Shown here piece by piece: positions 61,400-64,000 of a DNA stretch of 64,000 nt (positions are counted from its first letter, which is position 1; every line of letters starts with the position of its first letter). Both the position numbers and the translations under genes were made by a program. Under the pieces are notes generated by a model. It ran no database searches. It was given only the letters and a program-made list of their open reading frames with translations, and had not been told where the DNA came from. This DNA comes from an uncultured Rhabdochlamydiaceae bacterium. Lineage in GTDB: Bacteria; Chlamydiota; Chlamydiia; Chlamydiales; Rhabdochlamydiaceae. The DNA is taken from contig CAVQHD010000001.1 of NCBI GenBank assembly GCA_963712275.1, forward strand, positions 1,696,001-1,760,000. Direction: 5' to 3'.

Positions 61400-63520
61400 T
61401 TAATCACAAGATGTGACGTAGTTCACATTGCCGGCGATGTTAATCGTTGAATATATATTCCCCTCAAAATTCTGCAGATTGATGATGCCGGTGCCTGAGG
61501 TTGTGATACTAAGATCATTGTTTCCAGGCGCCGTTGGTATGACCTGATTATTCGTCACACCTGCACAGATGACTCCGTTTGATACAGTTTGAATATTGAT
61601 CCCTGTGGATCCAGTTCCAGACCCTGTTGTCACAGTGTTATTGGTCACAAAGGTCTGAAAATAAAGTCCTGTAGCGGCACCATTGATCTCACTGAGAATA
61701 CCAATTGTGTTGGTGCTTGGTGTGGTTGTAACAACAAGATTTCGGTCAATGATAGCTGTTCCCGAATTAGGGGCTTCACTGACAGCAACAGCTATACTGA
61801 TTGATGCATTAGAGCCTGTATTATTATTGATCGTGTTTTCTATAATACGGCAAGTTGCGTTTGGCATTCCAGATGAGTACGTGATTCCTCGCAGACCGAA
61901 ATTAGATATGGTATTCCCTATAATCGTGCAATCGGCTGAAGCAGTTGTGGCTCCCTCATTAGGAGAAAAAGCGATTGCGCCGTCACCGAATGGTGAAGTA
62001 TAACCAAAAACAGTGTTATTCGAAATCGTGGCTTGCATAAACGTTCCATCTAATACCAGTAAGTTGATCCCGTCCCCGAGGGCTGCTGGCATTTGAGTGA
62101 GGGTATTGTTGTCGATTTCGATCACTCCCTGTCCAATAATCCCAATACCCACATGAGCAACACTTCCAAAGATATTGTTGTTATTAATCGTAGCTCCATT
62201 GATTCCGCTTGTTCCATCAATGCCAATAGAGCCAGCTTGCAAGGCTTGGATGTTGAACCCAGAAACTTGGTTGCCATTGGCAAGGGTTACAACACTGCCC
62301 GCTGTATTTGTAATGAGCGGGTTGCTGTTTGCCATGGCAGAAATGGTGATGTTTCCTTTTGTCGTTGCAATGGAGTGGGAAATTCCAGCCCCTAGCAGCA
62401 ATTGGTTATTTTGCAAGATAATGCCCCCCTCCATCCCAGGTGTCGCAGTCCCATTACCGGGAAACACATAGATGATATCACTCGGGTTTGAGGCACTTTG
62501 CGCCTGAAAAAGTGTTGGAAAAGGGCTTTCAAATGTTCCCAAGGAGTTGCTTGTATTGTCGACAAACCAGACGACCCAAGGCTCTCCTGTGGCAGGATTG
62601 ATCGCTTTTTCATGAACTCGCAGGGTTTTAACCACGGGAATCTCAAGGCGGGTGGGAGAGAAAACAGCCCGGGAGAGCAAAAGACCGTTCGTTTTAAATC
62701 CCCCTTTTCTTTTTAGTTTCCCGCCTAAAGGAAAATGGAAGCCGATTTCACCCTGAAATACACTGTGGAACAGATGGTCGTAAGAATAGGAGGCTTGAAG
62801 AGAGACGATCTCTTTATAACGCCCTAGCAGACGGGTTTTACCTCCCCATGTTGAAGCGTAAGGAGAGTTAAAGTAGTAAGGTCCTGCTGCTGCGTAGAGG
62901 TCATACTTAAAGCTTTGGTTGAGGTGTCCTCCAATTTCAGCGTCTACTCCTCTCATCACATATTTTTGTTTGAATTTTGAAAGGATGGAATTTTTCCTGA
63001 ATGTATAGAATTGGGGGTCGTACTTTCGGCCCTTTTGATCTCCCACAGGAAAATAGGCGTTAAGGCGGTACTCCATCCGCTTGCCGAGGATCTCAACGCC
63101 AGGACTGAGTTGCTGAGCCGTCAGTTGGTGATAATCTTGCCTAACATCGTAGTACAAATAGGTCCCAATGATGTGGCTAATCGAAGGAACGAGTGTTCTT
63201 TCCCCTATGCCAATATTACCAGCAAGCTTTCCATCGTTAAACACATGCCCTCTAAGGTCAACGAAGGGCATAAAAGCAGGAGCCCTATCGAAAAGAACAA
63301 ATCCTTCAAGAGTAGTATACCCATTTTTATAACCAATCCCATTGGCTTCTATATGACGTACTCCGACAGAGGATCGATGGTAAGGGGTGCGGAACTCAGG
63401 GGGTGGAGGGGAACTCTCTTGCATACTCTGGTTGTTTGTTACTAGAGGAGTCAGTGGCTGAGCAAAAAGACTTATTGCTTGAAGAGATAAAAGAATGGAT
63501 AAGCTTACAATATGTTTCAT
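61400..63520 (-). CDS. Inverse-autotransporter-like beta-barrel protein with C-terminal beta-helix repeats
   Basis: Signal peptide, barrel-type strands (DLRGH, N.GIG.R, YYD.R, R.NAYFP), GTFESPF.TL..A motif, Asn/Thr/Ile-rich I..N.I repeats. Confidence 0.8.
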   Translation of the reverse strand: MKHIVSLSILLSLQAISLFAQPLTPLVTNNQSMQESSPPPPEFRTPYHRSSVGVRHIEANGIGYKNGYTTLEGFVLFDRAPAFMPFVDLRGHVFNDGKLAGNIGIGERTLVPSISHIIGTYLYYDVRQDYHQLTAQQLSPGVEILGKRMEYRLNAYFPVGDQKGRKYDPQFYTFRKNSILSKFKQKYVMRGVDAEIGGHLNQSFKYDLYAAAGPYYFNSPYASTWGGKTRLLGRYKEIVSLQASYSYDHLFHSVFQGEIGFHFPLGGKLKRKGGFKTNGLLLSRAVFSPTRLEIPVVKTLRVHEKAINPATGEPWVVWFVDNTSNSLGTFESPFPTLFQAQSASNPSDIIYVFPGNGTATPGMEGGIILQNNQLLLGAGISHSIATTKGNITISAMANSNPLITNTAGSVVTLANGNQVSGFNIQALQAGSIGIDGTSGINGATINNNNIFGSVAHVGIGIIGQGVIEIDNNTLTQMPAALGDGINLLVLDGTFMQATISNNTVFGYTSPFGDGAIAFSPNEGATTASADCTIIGNTISNFGLRGITYSSGMPNATCRIIENTINNNTGSNASISIAVAVSEAPNSGTAIIDRNLVVTTTPSTNTIGILSEINGAATGLYFQTFVTNNTVTTGSGTGSTGINIQTVSNGVICAGVTNNQVIPTAPGNNDLSITTSGTGIINLQNFEGNIYSTINIAGNVNYVTSCD

Positions 63521-63526
63521 TTTTTT

Positions 63527-63577
63527 TTCATATTCCACTCATTAGTAATTGTCAATTAACGGTTTCTTCTCTATTAT
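63527..63577. promoter_or_regulatory. Back-to-back promoters with overlapping -35 boxes
   Basis: Plus strand TTGTCA(63549)-17-TATTAT-7-ATG(63585). Minus strand TTGACA(63555)-17-TATGAA-6-ATG(63520). Confidence 0.65.
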
Positions 63578-63584
63578 CTTCCCC

Positions 63585-64000
63585 ATGTGGTTTTTCCTCC
63601 TTTTCCTCTGCGTCGCTCTTGAAGCAACTCCTTCCGGAGTCTACCGTGAAAGAGTAAAACAGATTGACCTAGTCCATAATTGGACATCGGATCCAAATGA
63701 CCAAAGCTTTGCGCAAAAAGGGCCTCTTGCAGAGGTTTATCAAGTTTTAAAGCTTAAACAAACAACTTTGAAAATCACCGACCTTAGAAGTGAAAAAGAT
63801 TCAGACCGACTCACTTATATCGTCGTATGGAATAAGCCCTCTTTCTTGAATGCTAAGACACTGTCTCGTTTTTCTTCTAAAAAAATGATTCTCTTTATGT
63901 GGGAGCCTCCCGTTGTTCAAAAAGAGTTGTACTCTGCCCAATTTCTTTCCCAATTCAAACGGGTTTATACATGGGACGACGATCTGGTAGACAACAAAAA
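63585..64000 (+). CDS. Probable GT10 (fucosyltransferase-like) glycosyltransferase, 5' part only; absent from the ORF track
   Basis: Open frame from ATG 63585 (MWFFLLFLCVALEA...) to the window end, containing LFMWEPP...FKRVYTWDDDLVDNK. Confidence 0.65.
   Translation, partial: MWFFLLFLCVALEATPSGVYRERVKQIDLVHNWTSDPNDQSFAQKGPLAEVYQVLKLKQTTLKITDLRSEKDSDRLTYIVVWNKPSFLNAKTLSRFSSKKMILFMWEPPVVQKELYSAQFLSQFKRVYTWDDDLVDNK

Overview
Chromosomal window of an environmental Chlamydiae-like intracellular bacterium. This assignment is inferred from the double-length UvrA, PknD next to ValS, the ValS insertion before KMSKS, pyk next to uvrA, two NTT nucleotide carriers and an inverse-autotransporter-like protein. 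Core genes are cyoABCDE, pyk, uvrA, trpS, pknD and valS. Accessory material includes an AbiEi/AbiEii pair whose toxin carries ankyrin repeats, a RecQ-PRTase helicase, a 3834-aa DUF3638/DUF3645-type ATPase protein with an embedded ubiquitin-like domain, a GH130x2-cupin-PMM operon, a RING/U-box protein, a TPP riboswitch ahead of MFS-variant transketolase-MFS, and two inverted Rpn paralogs. Two apparently identical 1575-bp IS copies each have their own 4-bp target duplication. The non-coding DNA holds several palindromic miniature elements. One family shares ends with the IS, and a shortened member sits in frame inside recQ, adding 26 codons. Several genes have sigma-70-type promoters whose -10 box lies only 6-9 nt before the ATG with no Shine-Dalgarno, which suggests leaderless mRNAs. 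No rRNA, tRNA or CRISPR array was found. All family assignments come from motif recognition by eye, not from database searches.
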